Shown here piece after piece: positions 44,466-58,330 of a stretch of DNA of 64,000 nucleotides. The first letter of the stretch is position 1. The number at the start of each line of letters is the position of its first letter. The notes under the pieces are model-generated. The model saw nothing but the letters and a program-made list of their open reading frames with translations. It did no database searches and had not been told where the DNA came from. Where the stretch lies: NCBI RefSeq assembly GCF_009914755.1, contig NC_060930.1. One strand, 5' to 3'. Source of the stretch: the human T2T-CHM13v2.0 reference genome, Homo sapiens. The translations under genes were made by a program, and so were the position numbers.

Positions 44466-45599
44466 TGTGACAAGACACTCTCCTTCTTACCAGTCATCCT
44501 TGAGACAAAGGGCATTGGTAGGAGTTTAGTTGGGATTTAAAGATGGAAAAAGGAAGCAATGCCTTGCAGACATACAAGTCTGCAAGCAATGCCTTAATAG
44601 ACTTATCACAGCAATAGTATGTATATGATGTAACATTTATGACCATTAAGTGAGAGAGTATGTGTAAAGAGCCTGGCACCTAGTAGATATTCAATAATTG
44701 TCAGCTGTTTCATTAATTATTGTATATGAATTTACAAATCTTAAGCACACCATATACCAGTTGCCTTTTTTGAGAATGTAAAATATTCTTCCCACTAACC
44801 TTTTCATACCAGTGTTTATATTTTATATTCTCCTTTTACTTGACTCAAAACGAATATCCTTTGTAATAAGAAGGTAAAACCCAAGCCCCAAAGCACAGTG
44901 AATTCTATATTTTCTAATAATCTTATTACTTATTTCTCCTAGATCTCATCTCAGCTTCTCTTAGTTATTTTTCTGACAGTCCTGAGAATGGAATAAAGTA
45001 ATGGTGTTGGGATATTATATGTAACCTGAAAACACTGTTGTGTTACCAATCAAGAACATGATCTTCCTCGCAATTTCTCTATCTATCCCATAGCTTTCAT
45101 TTTAAAAGTGATTCTGGGATTCCACATATTTTGCAGAAGATCCTGAGTATCAATTAAATTGAGAGTACTGCTGTAAAGGGTAATAATCTTTATACTAACT
45201 CACTACAGGTATTATAAAATGTAGTCCTGTTAGAAGAGGAGGAAAATGTAATTACATGATTCAAATCTAGAGGCAACTTGTGTCTGTTAGGTCATGGAAA
45301 TACACTGGCAAACAATCTCTTCCATGGTACTATCCTGTAAGAGCTAATTCAGGAATTATGTTTCTTCTATAGAAACTATAGTTATCAATGTGGTGGTCGG
45401 GGGGTGGGGTGGTGGTGGAATTACCCTCTAACAAAGGAGCAAAAATTGCTTTGTTTAGAAATTTTTACTTTACTTTTGTCTAAGACACTTTGTTTCAATC
45501 ATTTTTCAGCAAGAAGATCAAACTACCTTTACAAGATTGACAAAAATAGAACCACAAAATAAGAACAAATTAAGCTTTCTATACTTTACAGTAAGAAAA

Positions 45600-45805
45600 T
45601 ATCAGCCAACATATTCTGAGTCCTTGCTATGTGCCAGATGTTGTTCTAGGTCCTTTGAGGCAGGTTCTATTATTGTCCCCATTTTACAGACAGGAAATGG
45701 AGACTGGGAGAAGTAACTTGCCTAAGGCCGGGGGCTGATTTGGGGCAACGCTGGAATTTGAATATAGGGAACCTGGCTCCAGGGTCCAAGTTCTTAACCA
45801 TGACC
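45600..45805 (-). mobile_element. MIR
   Basis: ATTGTCCCCATTTTACAGACAGGAAATGGAGACT...AAGTAACTTGCCTAAGG. Confidence 0.8.
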
Positions 45806-45982
45806 AGCCCTTAATAACTAGAAGGTGACAATCTACCTGAAACTGATACCCAGTGTAATGCTTTAAATACTTCTCATGCCATTTATGTGTAGAAAAATAA
45901 CCATTGGTTATTCCGAGCCAATAGCTGGCCCCATGCCTGAGCATAGGAATTCTTCCCAAGCAGAACCTTGGGCTTAGCACAT

Positions 45983-46355
45983 TGATATGGTTAGGCTTTG
46001 TGTTCCCACCTGAATCTCATCTTGAATTGTAATCCCCATAATCCCCATGTGTCAAGGGGAAGACCAGGTGGAGGTAATTGAATCATGGGTGTGGTTACCT
46101 CCATGCTGTTCTCGTGATAGTGAATGGGTTCTCACGAGATCTGATGCTTTTATAAGGGGCTCTTCCCCACTTTACTGGTCACCTCTCCTTCCTGCCACCT
46201 TGTGAGGAAGGTGCCTTGCTTCCCCTTCCACCATGATTGTAACTTTCTTGACGCTTCCCCAGCCATGCTGAACTGTGAGTCAATTAAAGCTGTTTCCTTT
46301 ATAAATTACCCAGTCTCGGGCAGTTCTTCATAGCCACATGGAAACGACTCATACG
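45983..46355 (+). mobile_element. THE1C/D MaLR solo LTR
   Basis: TGATATGGTT...ATCTCATCTTGAATTGT...TGTGAGTCAATTAAA...ATACG. TSD CACAT/CACGT. Confidence 0.92.
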
Positions 46356-46658
46356 CACGTACTGCCTAAGGTTCCTAGCTCCTATTAGGTGGCTCAAGAC
46401 ATTGTTACTCAAATATGAGTCAAATGATGTAACATATGAAACATAGATGACCTTTACCCCACAGTCCCCATGCAGTATCTATGAGCTTTGTCTTTCAACA
46501 AACCCATGAAAAGATACTAGCAAAGGGTGACTCCAGGAGCCTAAGAGCTTGGCCTCAAAAGCAGACAGGAGGCTTTGAGGCCTAACACTTTCTCTTACCA
46601 CTTGTGTGACCAGTTACTTTAATATGATAATAAAAGTAATTTTCCTATTAGGTTTTCT

Positions 46659-46961
<303 letters not shown>

Positions 46962-47068
46962 TAAGTTTTCTAAGCCAACGACATTTTTCAATCTTTCTGT
47001 GTGGAAGTACAGAGGAGACTCAAGGCCTGATTTGGTAGATAACAAAAATAGTACTGTTTTAACTTCCC

Positions 47069-47990
47069 TGTGACACACAGGCAGAATTCTAAAGATGCCC
47101 TTCCTAAACCCAAGATTTCTATTCCATGCCCATTCAAGCAAACACTAATCTACATACTGCTGTGAAGGGAATTTGTAGGTGTAATTAAAGTTTCAAGTTA
47201 GTTGACCTTAAGGTATGGAGATTTTGATAGGCTTGACACAATCAAGTGAGCCCTTTAAAAACAGAGAGTTTTCTCTAGCTGGTGGCAGAAGAGGAAGTTA
47301 GAGATTCAAAGCATGAGGGACATTTTATACGCCACTGCTGGTTTGAAGATGTGCCAAGGAGTGAGGGCAGACTTTAGGGCAGAGAGAGGTCCCTGCTGAA
47401 AACTGACACTAAGAAACAGAACCTCAGTCTTACAACCAGAAGGAGCTGAACTGAATTTGACCAATTACCCAAATTAGCTTAGCAGATTTTTCCCTCCAGC
47501 CTTCCAGAAAAAAGCCCAGCCTGGCCGATACCTTGATCAGAGTTTTGTGAGGCCTTGAGCAGAGAACCCTGTTGTTCCTGCCGAGATTTCTGAACTACAG
47601 ACCTGTGAGCTAATAAATGAGTATTTCAGCCAGGCACAGTGGCTACACCTGCAATCCCATCACTTTGGTAAGCTGAGGTGGATGGATCACTTGAGCCCGG
47701 GATTTCAAGACTAGCCTGGGCAACATTGCAAAACCTGGTCTCTACAAAAAAAACACAAAAATTAGCCGGTTGTGGTGGTGTACCCCTGTAGTCCTACCCA
47801 CTGGCAGGGCTAAGGTGGGAGGATTGCCTGAGCTCGGGGAGGTTGAGGCTCCAGCTAGCCGTGATCAAGCCACCACACTCCAGCTTGGGCAAGAAAGAAC
47901 TCAGTAATAACAACAAAAATAATAAATGAGTATTGCAATAAGCTGTTACATTTATGAAAATGTGTTACACAGCAATAGAAAACTAATACA
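47069..47990 (+). mobile_element. MLT1E-type solo LTR interrupted by an Alu
   Basis: TG...GGCAGAATTCTAAAGATG start and AGCAATAGAAAACTAATACA end. Perfect 5-bp TSD TTCCC. Confidence 0.88.
47629..47920 (+). mobile_element. AluJ-like, inserted at the poly(A) signal of the MLT1E LTR
   Basis: 17-bp TSD AATAAATGAGTATT(T/G)CA at 47612-28 and 47921-37. Confidence 0.92.
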
Positions 47991-48120
47991 TTCCCCAACC
48001 CTTTACTACTACACCCTTCATTAAAACTCTTAATCTCAGCAATTCTTAATTTGTTCACAATTTCACCAACTTCTGAAAAAAATATATTTTTATTTGAGGT
48101 TTCCATGCTATTAAAAAGAC

Positions 48121-48468
48121 TACTATAGACTGAATGTTTGTGTCTCCCCGCCGAAATTCATATGTTTGAAACCTAATCCGTCAATGTAAGGGTATTCGGA
48201 GATTAGGTCATAAAGGCGGAGCCCTCATGAATGGGACTAGTGCCATTATAAAAGAGGCCCGGAGAGTTCCTTGCCCATTCTGCCATGCTAGGACAGAGGA
48301 AGAAGATGGTCTTCTATGAACCAGGAAGAAGTCCCTTACCAGACACCCAATCCCAGCACCTTGATCTTGGACCTTCTAGACTCTGGAACTTTGAGAAATA
48401 AATCTCTGTGGTTCATAAGCCACCCAGTCCATGGCAATCTGCTATAGTAGCCCACATGGACTAAGACA
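48121..48468 (+). mobile_element. MLT1A0-type solo LTR
   Basis: ACTGAATGTTTGTGTCTCCCC...GCCCTCATGAATGGGA...GGACTAAGACA. Confidence 0.85.
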
Positions 48469-48506
48469 GAGGCCTACACTGAGCAACTGTCAGCCCTAGG
48501 CAGCCA

Positions 48507-49429
48507 TTTTTTTTTTAATTATTATACTTTAAGTTTTAGGGTACATGTGCACAATGTGCAGGTTAGTTACATATGTATACATGTGCCATGCTGGTGTGCT
48601 GCACCCATTAACTCGTCATTTAGCATTAGGTATATCTCCTAATGCTATCCCTCCCCCCTCCCCCCACCCCACAACAGTCCCCAGAGTTTGATGTTCCCCT
48701 TCCTGTGTCCATGTGTTCTCATTGTTCAATTCCCATCTATGAGTGAGAACATGTGGTGTTTGTTTTTTTGTCCTTGCGATAGTTTACTGAGAATGATGAT
48801 TTCCAATTTTATCCATGTCCCTACAAAGGACATGAACTCATCATTTTTTATGGCTGCATAGTATTCCATGGTGTATATGTGCCACATTTTCTTAATCCAG
48901 TCTATTGTTGTTGGACATTTGGGTTGGTTCCAAGTCTTTGCTATTGTGAATAGTGCCGCAATAAACATACGTGTGCATGTGTCTTTATAGCAGCATGATT
49001 TATAGTCCTTTGGGTATATACCCAGTAATGGGATGGCTGGGTCAAATGGTATTTCTAGTTCTAGATCCCTGAGGAATCGCCACACTGACTTCCACAATGG
49101 TTGAACTAGTTTACAGTCCCACCAACAGTGTAAAAGTGTTCCTATTTCTCCACATCCTCTCCAGCAACTGTTGTTTCCTGACTTTTTAATGATTGCCATT
49201 CTAACTGGTGTGAGATGGTATCTCATTGTGGTTTTGATTTGCATTTCTCTGATGGCCAGTGATGGTGAGCATTTTTTCATGTGTTTTTTGGCTGCATAAA
49301 TGTCTTCTTTTGAGAAGTGTCTGTTCATGTCTTTGCCCACTTTTTGATGGGGTTGTTTGTTTTTTTCTTGTAAATTTGTTTGAGTTCATTGTAGATTCTG
49401 GATATTAGCCCTTTGTCAGATGAGTAGGT
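48507..49429 (-). mobile_element. 5'-truncated young L1PA (L1PA3/4-like), ~0.92 kb
   Basis: Antisense 3'UTR plus ORF2 C-terminus (ORF 48726-49340, with CCHC motif [18 protein letters not shown]). Confidence 0.93.
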
Positions 49430-49786
49430 AAGAGGTAAGCTAAGTTCCCTGTGCTTCAGCCTGTAGAGAAAAGAAACTTCTCAGAGCACACTACAGATTT
49501 GCAGCCTCTGTTGTGTGCCACAGTGTGCCAAGTGTCACACATCTCAATCTTTGACCAGAAAAATAAAATCTCTTGCTCTTCACTTATTAATCATATGAGC
49601 AGGAACTGGCTTGATTCAGCAGTATCTTCATCCATTCTCCTCTTTTTTCCAGGTTACAGGTTACATATACATTTCACTTTCCCTTCAAAAGAGTTATTTA
49701 TACCATCAACTGACTGTCATCTAGAGATCCTCTTTATCACAAATGAATATATAAAGAACAGGATACCAAACAGTATATACATACAC

Positions 49787-49884
49787 AGTAGATAGATAGA
49801 TAGCGATCCAGATAGATAGATAGATCCATAGATCCAGATGGATGGATAAATAAATAGATATATAGATAGGTAGATAGATAGATC
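49787..49884. repeat. Degenerate (TAGA)n/(TGGA)n tract next to an old L1M 3' end (to ~50005)
   Basis: Direct reading. Confidence 0.8.
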
Positions 49885-51454
49885 CATAAATTCCAGAAGA
49901 AAATATACAAAAATTATAAGAATTGTTATCTCCGGATGATGGGATTGTGAATATTTCATAATTTCCTCCTTATTTCTAAATTTCTACAATGAAAATGCAT
50001 TTTTAAGTCTGAAAAAAATATTATTATAAAAGAAATAATTTCCTGCTAGTGCATAAGGCAACATTATTCATGCACTTGGAACTTTTTATTGGATCCTAGA
50101 CAGAGGTTTGAACCAGACTCACTTGCCATGATAAAGTTTATATAGCATTTGCCCTGCACTAGGACATAGATGATCCATTAACTTGAACTAGAAGATCCAA
50201 GTTCAAGTCCTAAACTTGCCACATGGGGGCTCTTCAGAAAATCATCTTATTTTTGTCATGTTTTCTTCTTTATAAAATACAGATGGTGACATCTGCTCGG
50301 TCTTGAGAGGATCAACAAGATACATATGAAAGGAGCTTGTAAATTTAAAATCATTATGTACATGCTTAGGTGGTATCATTTTTAGTTTAATTAGTGTTAA
50401 CAATCCTCTTTCCAGAATTGCCTTGTGAATGGTGATTTTCCTCATCCCAGTCATTAATACAATAACATGTTTTTCCATAATTTGAAAACAATACTTTTAA
50501 AAAACCACTTGTTTCTTTCCTTTATAGATTGTCCTTATAGAAAAATCTTTGTTTCAAAATATTTACTAAATCAATCAAATCAGTTAGATAAGATTGTGGG
50601 CAAGTATTTCTCCATTGTTGCAAAAAAACCCCAAAGACTAACTCGATTCTAATTTCACAGACCCAGACCTTTCTCTTTTTTAAAAATTTGTATAAATTTG
50701 TGGGGTACAAGTGTAATTTTGTTACATGGATAGATTTCAAGGAAACACAAGGTTACAGTAAAGCCTGCTCTGGGCAAACTGAGATCTATTTACATGGATA
50801 TTACCTTTCTGAATATTTTCCCTCACCCATTTTTTCACTTCCTATGTTTCTACTGTATTTGCCATTTGCCTACTTCCATAACGTATAATGTCCAATGAAA
50901 AAACCATGAACTAGTTCCCACTAAGGGACAAATAAATAATGAGGCTATGGTTTCCTATTGTAACAGACTGTCAGGAAGAAGTATTAAGAGTTTCAGCCTT
51001 CACAAACAGGTTGAAAGTCAGAAGGCCTGTCCAGACCATTGAAATCTTATTGTGTAGGCCCAATATTTACTTCTTACCTCTACCAACCTTCACAGTGTGC
51101 TAACACCCTAAAATTATTCCTTATTGCTTTTCTCTTCCATCCCACCAGCCCACATCTTACATCCACACTACACCCACACACACTGTCAGTGTTGATAATA
51201 TTAGTTATAAATTTCCAAACAAATTCTAATGTTTGAGTGACTCATATATTAGGCACATTTAAAAAACAGGAACTTTTCAATTCAAATAATTTTTTTCTTT
51301 TGTAAAATATGTGACTGACATTGTTTGATATCATCAGCAAACTCTCCCAGTTATCCCATACACCAGAAGTGTAAGTGGCAATTTAGTGCAATAATTAGAA
51401 CGTGAGCTTAGGAGGCTCTGGGCCTTGCTTGGTTTCTGTGGTGGTTCAGATCAT

Positions 51455-51725
51455 CAGACCTGGAGTCAGAACCTGTGTTTAAATCTCAGCCCCAGCACTA
51501 ACTAGCAGTGAGAACTTAAGCAAATATGTTCCCGTGAATCAAGTACTATTATTATCTACATTGTGCAGACCAAACCCTCAGTTGGCTTGGTCTATACAAT
51601 TGGATAATAATAGTACTTGATTCACAGGACCACAGGTAAAGATCTGAGAAGATATTACATATAAAGTCACCAGCACAGCACAGGGTTCGCCATGTAGTAC
51701 ACAGCTGATATTTGTTAATTATTAT
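51455..51725 (+). mobile_element. MIR containing an internal inverted duplication
   Basis: MIR 5' part GGAGTCAGAACCTGTGTTTAAATCTCAGC and core CTCAGTT...GGATAATAATAGTAC. Confidence 0.75.
51530..51629. repeat. Inverted repeat, ~46-bp arms, 7-nt loop
   Basis: 51534-51556 GTGAATCAAGTACTATTATTATC is the exact reverse complement of 51603-51625. Confidence 0.92.
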
Positions 51726-54700
51726 TATTATACAAGTAGAGGGTTACGCTAAAAATCTCCTCCTGCACTAGGATTCTATGATATAATTAGGGTGACATGC
51801 CAATGTTATTTCTCCCTAAAAATAGTAATTTATTTCAAACATTTTTTATCCAGAATATGCAATGTGAATTCCTTTCTTCTACTCCCCAGAGGGCCTGAAG
51901 TTTTCTTCTGAATGGAGCATAGTTCGCTACCTATATTGAGGCACTAAGCAAGACAAAAGAACTTGTCCCTGATTCCCTCATATCATGTAAAAGGATGTGT
52001 GAAACTAAGGAAACTTTTCACTACTTCTCCTTACCCATCTCCTCATCAAAAACCTCTCCCGCTGAAAGTGACTGCGTGCTCTTAGCACGGGCACTGAAGA
52101 GCATAGAAAGCTGGTGAAAGCAAAGAGAAATGAAGAGCCCAGTGGTGTAACCTTTCAAAAGGGGATTGGGCAGGACAGGATGACAGTGTCGCAAGCACTT
52201 CAGAAGTTCATGCTCATGTGCATCTTGAAAACAGCTTCTCCACTCCTAAACGTCTGGTCCTAATTCCACTTGGAGGCATTGGCTTTGATATGAAGGAGCA
52301 CAGCCAACAGCCAGGAGCTGGATCCTCATGTCGCCAGCCTCCTGGGGAGGGCTGGAGTCTGCTTCACTGAGGATCCTGTCCCTCCCCCAAAAACCCCAAG
52401 TGTAAGCAAAGCTCAAGCTTACAGGAAAGCCACACGGAGGATGGGCTTTTTTGCAATATGGGATAAACGGATAATGGATGGATTGCAAAAGAGGATATTC
52501 AAATGTCCTTGGTTCTTTTTACTTTTCTCAGTTGGTGTTTGCCATGCAAAGGGTGAGAAGCTTGTTCTCTTTTTTGTACACTGAAGGGTATTAACGTTTT
52601 ACAGAGAGGAGATGGATTGGTCTTTTTGAAGTGCTTGCTTTGCTATTATTGCTCAAAGAAAGAAATCAGTTCCGCATTAAGCTGCGGCTCTCATGGTAGC
52701 CTGGGAGGCCAGAGAGACGTTGTTGTGTTTCCACTTCCTGAACTCAACACACACAGCTAAGAGAAAGTCGTGGGATTCCTCAGGTCTGCTTAGAGCCACT
52801 TGCAAATTATGTAGCTAAATTGGATCCAAACTACCCAGCTGTTGTTTGTTGCTAAATGGGTGCAGCAAGGAGAAGCCCCTTCTGTCCCCAGTGGGACTAT
52901 CAGAGAGTAGGGGAAATGCCTCAGCCAGATTGCAGATTAGACAACAGTGAGGCGATCTGCAATCTCTCAGGCTTAGGGAATCTGTATCTTATACTCAAAT
53001 TTCCCCAGTTGTGGTATAATGAGAAAACTTGGAAGCCCACTTCAAAAATGCACCCAACCACTCAGAGTGAAATGAGGAAAGTGTCATCTTCCATTGGTCT
53101 TCCTTATCAACACACCTGAAAATACTCTGGCCATCCATCCTACACCCCCAATGCCAATATCCTCATCATGGCAGTTTGGCAGCTTCCATTTGCTTTTGGG
53201 CACACAGCTTCTGTGGCAGTCCAGGTTTTCCCAACACATTTAAGAAGCAGATGCCCACTACCCTGATATATGACCACAGCTTCATTCACCCATAACCAAA
53301 TTATGATATTTTATCTTTATTATAAATGAAAAGTCTGACTCATGACCTAAGTGACCTAGAGTAAGTCGTTTAAAAATCTCCATGCCTCAATTTCCTCATC
53401 TGTCTAATGAAGATTAAGCATGAAAATGTATGGTAAATTTCCAGGTTTGTTGCAAGCCCTCTTCCCATTGTCTACTGCCATGGTGATTAACTTTATGTTC
53501 TGAGCACAATAAAGTTCTTTGTACATGCTGGCAAAGTTATCCAAGAAGAAATCTTTATAGCCATTAAGAATACCCCACTAAACCTCAGATATTTACATAA
53601 ATTTAAATACTCAATTGTTCAATTACATTCCCTAAAGCTTATGATTTCAGCAAGAGAATAATAAATAACATTAAGGTGGAAAATGGGTTGAAGATATGAT
53701 TACCCCAAACTTCACCTCCTCTAAAGGATTTTATTCATCGTTACAATCTGGATCAAAGAAGAAAGTGTTTTTTACTAAAGGGAGAAGAGGAAGAAATAAT
53801 AATGTGATCCACAGCCATTTTCCCATTTTTCTTCAAAATGATTCCCTGTCCATCATTGGTAGGAGGCTACCTCTGGGACTCCAAGCCAAATCATATCAGT
53901 AGAGTTAGAAAACAGTAAATTTCTTTTTCCTCTCTGGGCATCAGAACAGCATATTTTATAGTGAGTTACAGATGCTAAATTATTTGAATCCTTGTTCAGA
54001 TGTTCCTAATTTACATTGTCTGTGGCAAATAAAAAGATAAGTACAATCCATATTGCAAATGCATCACACTATGATAAATTTGTAGCCTTCTTTCTCTGAG
54101 TCTTCTTCACCTCGTGGAATTTATATTGCAGTCATAATAATGTCAGACCTACGCTATGAATATCTTCCTGCTAATTATGCCAAGTTTTTAAACAGTGCCC
54201 ATTTATGAAGACAGTATTATGGTATTCTTGATTATACCCTAAATAATTCTGTAAACATAAAACATGCTTAATAATATTGGAATTCCACTAAAGAACTGCA
54301 ATAAAAATAAAACTATGACATACATTCCAACGTTTTCTTTTTCCTTTTATAAAGAATGCTTTTGATGAGATGCAATATCCTTTAAAATCTCATGAACTAA
54401 AAAATACCCATATATATTCTGACTTCAGGTTATTCCTAGAAATAGAATTTAGGTCAAAGAACAATGTCAGAATAATAATTATAGTTATGATAGTAATGAT
54501 CATAATATCTATTGAGTGATGAGCTAATTAAGTCCTGGGTTAAACTATGCGACCATGCTTTGAAGATGTTACTTTAAATCCCCATATCAATCCTTTAAAG
54601 TAGAAACTCTTCCCATTTTATGGTTGTGGATACTAAGACTTAGAGTTCAAGGACTTGTCACATTTAGACTATATGATCTTATGAGTTTTCAGATTCCAAA

Positions 54701-56968
54701 ATATCCAAAAGCAGAAATGGCAGAAAATTTCCAGTTGGACTTCCAGCCTATCCACATCATTTTTGGCAGGCATGTATACAAGTTATAGAGACCTAGTAGG
54801 CAAACTTTCATTGGTGGGTCTTGTGGGCAGAATGCTTATAGCTATAGTAATTTTACAATGTAAATGTTCAAGAATCGGGCTCTGATTCCAGGTCAGATGT
54901 GTTGCCACACAGACACAGTGGACAACGTATGAGACCTCTTGCTGATTGCTTTCCTCCCAGTGCTCCTGACCACCCAGTCCTGCCTTATCTCACACCTATC
55001 TCTATGTTCACAGCCTTTCTACCAGAAGAGTTTCTTAGAACAATGGCCGCAACAACAGAGTCTACCCTTTTAAAACATGGTCTTACATGACTAAGGCAGC
55101 TGATGGGACAGCTTCACTTTCCAAACTGTTCTTCTGACATTTTAAAACCTTGATTCCATGTCCAAAGTTTCATTCACATGCAATTTGACCAAGTTTATAG
55201 TTCTGAAGAGCATGTCCAAATCTGCAGCATGTGACAGAGTCTGGGTGGCAATGGGGGGATGGGATTGTTACTCCTCTGTCTGCGATGCCATCTGTACTTG
55301 TAACATGCACATGAATCTGGGATAGTCCCATGGGTAGTGGGACAGTGGAGACCTGGGTTCAGAGCACTTGGAATAAAAAGAAATTCATTTTCATTCAAAT
55401 GAACTATCCTAAACATAGAGAACAAAGTTGATAGTCAAGATATACCATATATGCTAAGGATGCTGAAATGTGATTGATTCACTTTCACATATAAAAATAG
55501 ATAAATCAAATTTTTCTATAATTTAAAATTTACAATCTAGTGCTATAAAAAACTGACAGACTAATAGCTTCATTAAAATCCACATTTCCCCCCACCCAAA
55601 AAAATAGTCTCAAATCTTACTCAGTATAATTAAGTGATCTGGCAACTTCTATATAAAGCATCTTGAAATTGCATGAATAGCTTTTGTGTTACCCCACACC
55701 CTAGGACATCACCTCAAACAAAATTTCACACTTAACAGAAAGAAAATGACTCCATGTGCCTTGGAGAAAATTGGAAACGTTAGCAGGAATCTGTGCAAAT
55801 GAATTTTTCCTGATCAATTATAATATATCAAATAGGACTTGGTTTGAGAAGAATATTACAAGGTTTGGGTACACTAATTTTTAAAATATTTAAAAGGTTT
55901 ATATTCTTCACATCTTTCACAGATTTTTTTTTCTTCCAAGGATAAATAAAAAAGAAAATCCAGTTCAATTCATTTCCTTCAATATAGCACACTAGGACTT
56001 CCTCATTTAAACCACAGACAACGTCCCCTCTAGTCCCCTCCTCCCCTGAGCCTGAGTCGAGGGAGACTCTCTCAATGTATGCTCAGCCACCAGCTACCAC
56101 AAGTCACTTAAGTAAACACAGAGGCACCTTGATGAAAGCAATTGCATGGTCTGAATACCATCAACTGACACTTGTATTCAGTGACCCTCTCAGGTCTCAG
56201 AAATAGTCTTTTCAAATTCCGGGTCTTGAGGTATTGATTTCAATCAGCAGCTTTTCCTAAGAGCATCATTTCAAAAATAGCCCTGTCACAATTTCTACTA
56301 TCTCATCTTAGTTTCATCTGGGCTTTGTATTCCTATTTGAAACCATTCAGCGAGATGACACCAGAGGGTTTTACTGACACATTGATTCAGCTTCATGCAT
56401 AGGCAATAGAATGTATTCTCCTGTATATGAGAAAACATTAACATTTAAGTTTGGTGGAGAAAGGTTTCAGATTTAAACAATCCAGGTATTATTTTTCTCT
56501 TCTTGTAAAAATAAAAAGTCCAAATTAGACCACTCTCATCATAAAATTATCAAGCTTATTGCTGAACTGGTGACTTAATAAGTCAGTAGCAATCCTAGTC
56601 TCTCAGGACATGTAAGAGATAGTCTAAAAGCAAAAGTGAAAAAGATGTGTATGTATTTCTGTTCATGTCTGCATACATGTGGTTGAAGTAGGAAATATGG
56701 AGTAATGACCTATAATTTCAGTATAAATTTCTTACTAATTGACAGTGATATCTATACTATATTAAGGTTTTCTGAAGCTGTAATTATAATCTGCCCAACA
56801 AATATTACTCGTTGACAGTGATCAAAAGAAGGCTGACATCCATTAGTTCATTTTGCAGTGGGAGAGTGAAGGTTTAGAGTCACTCATAATCTTACCTGCA
56901 AAAAAATTCTTGGATCACCCTGATAATTCTGCCATGACAGGTAAATCCAGGTTATTTTTCTATTTTAA

Positions 56969-57052
56969 ATGGCACGTGTATACATATGTAACTAACCTGC
57001 ACAATGTGCACATGTACCCTAAAACTTAAAGTATAATAATAAAAAAAAAAAA
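56969..57052 (+). mobile_element. Extremely 5'-truncated young L1PA (last ~70 nt plus poly-A)
   Basis: ATGGCACGTGTATACATATGTAACTAACCTGCACAATGTGCACATGTACCCTAAAACTTAAAGTATAATAAT-A12. Confidence 0.93.
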
Positions 57053-57419
57053 GGAAAAAGAAGGGAGTTAACTTTAATTACCTTCACCGCTCTAAACACT
57101 GCCATAGGTATTTTAAATATGTTCTTCCATTTAATCTTTACATGGGTCCTTTGGGGAGGTAATATCATATTTTAACAAATGAAGAAACAGATACAGTGTC
57201 AAGTGACCTGCTCACATTTTTAGGAAGAGTTAGAATTGTGGGTTGAATCTAGGTCTGCAGAGCACAAAGACAAGGCATAGTTTTAGCATCTACTATGTGT
57301 ACCTAGAGTTACATCTGGTGTGGGGCATTTACAGCTGAATGATGTATGCTTCCTGCCCTCAAAAGGCCCATATTCAAATAGGGACAAAAATAAGAAAATG
57401 AATTACAACAGAAAATACA

Positions 57420-58330
57420 GAAGAAAAGATTTGAAGTTAAACATTAGCACACTGAATACAGAAATATATTAAAAGAATAATTTTACCAAGCAGGTTTTGG
57501 CTAGGAATTCAAGAATATGTCAACATTAAGAAAGAATATCTCAAATTAGGAAATTAAGGGAAAAAAAGTACTGTCCTCTTGACTACCAAAAGGCAGTTGA
57601 TAAAATCAAGCATGATATTGATTTTTTTAATATAGTAATCTAAAACTCAAAAAAGAAATATTTAAATATTGAAAAATATTGTCTACGTAGAAAATCCAGA
57701 GAAATCAACTAAAAACTATCAGAAATGATGAAGTCAATAAAAGATTATTTGTATAAGGTAAATATGCAAAAATCAAATGCTTTCCTGTATATTATCAATT
57801 CCAAATGAGAAAAAAAGTTATAGAAAAAGATCCACTTGTTGATATTAATAGTTCAAAAAATTATTGAATACCCAAGAATCAAGTTAAGAAATACCTAAAA
57901 CATATATGAAACAAACTATGAAACTTTATTAAAGGACAAGGGTATGGTCTCATATCCTGTTGAAGGGAGTGTCTACTTTTAGAATGTCTTTGAAGGGCAA
58001 CTTGATAATACTTATCAAAATTGAAGATACTCTTTGAAGCAGCAATTTTACTTCTAGGAATCCATTTTGCAAAGATGTTTATTGTATATATATGTACATG
58101 ATGTAAAATAATACACAAAAATTGGAAAGAAGTAGATGTCTGTCAAAAAGACAGATTTCTATAAGTAAACTATAGCAAGTCCATACAATAAAATACTATA
58201 AAGATAATTGAGAGCTATATGAACTCATATAGAATGATGCCTATGATATATTGTTGAATGAAAAAAAGAAGTTGCAAAATTGTATGTATCTCTTTATTAC
58301 TGTACATATTTGTGTATTACATCAATTTTT
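57420..58330 (+). mobile_element. Ancient L1M fragments
   Basis: TTGTCTACGTAGAAAATCCAGAGAAATCAAC (an IVYxENP relic) and 3'-end motifs. Confidence 0.65.

Noticed and set aside
56128-56190. TGATGA...CTGA resembling a C/D snoRNA
   Set aside because: Box spacing is too short (~40 nt), with no terminal stem and no recognisable guide.
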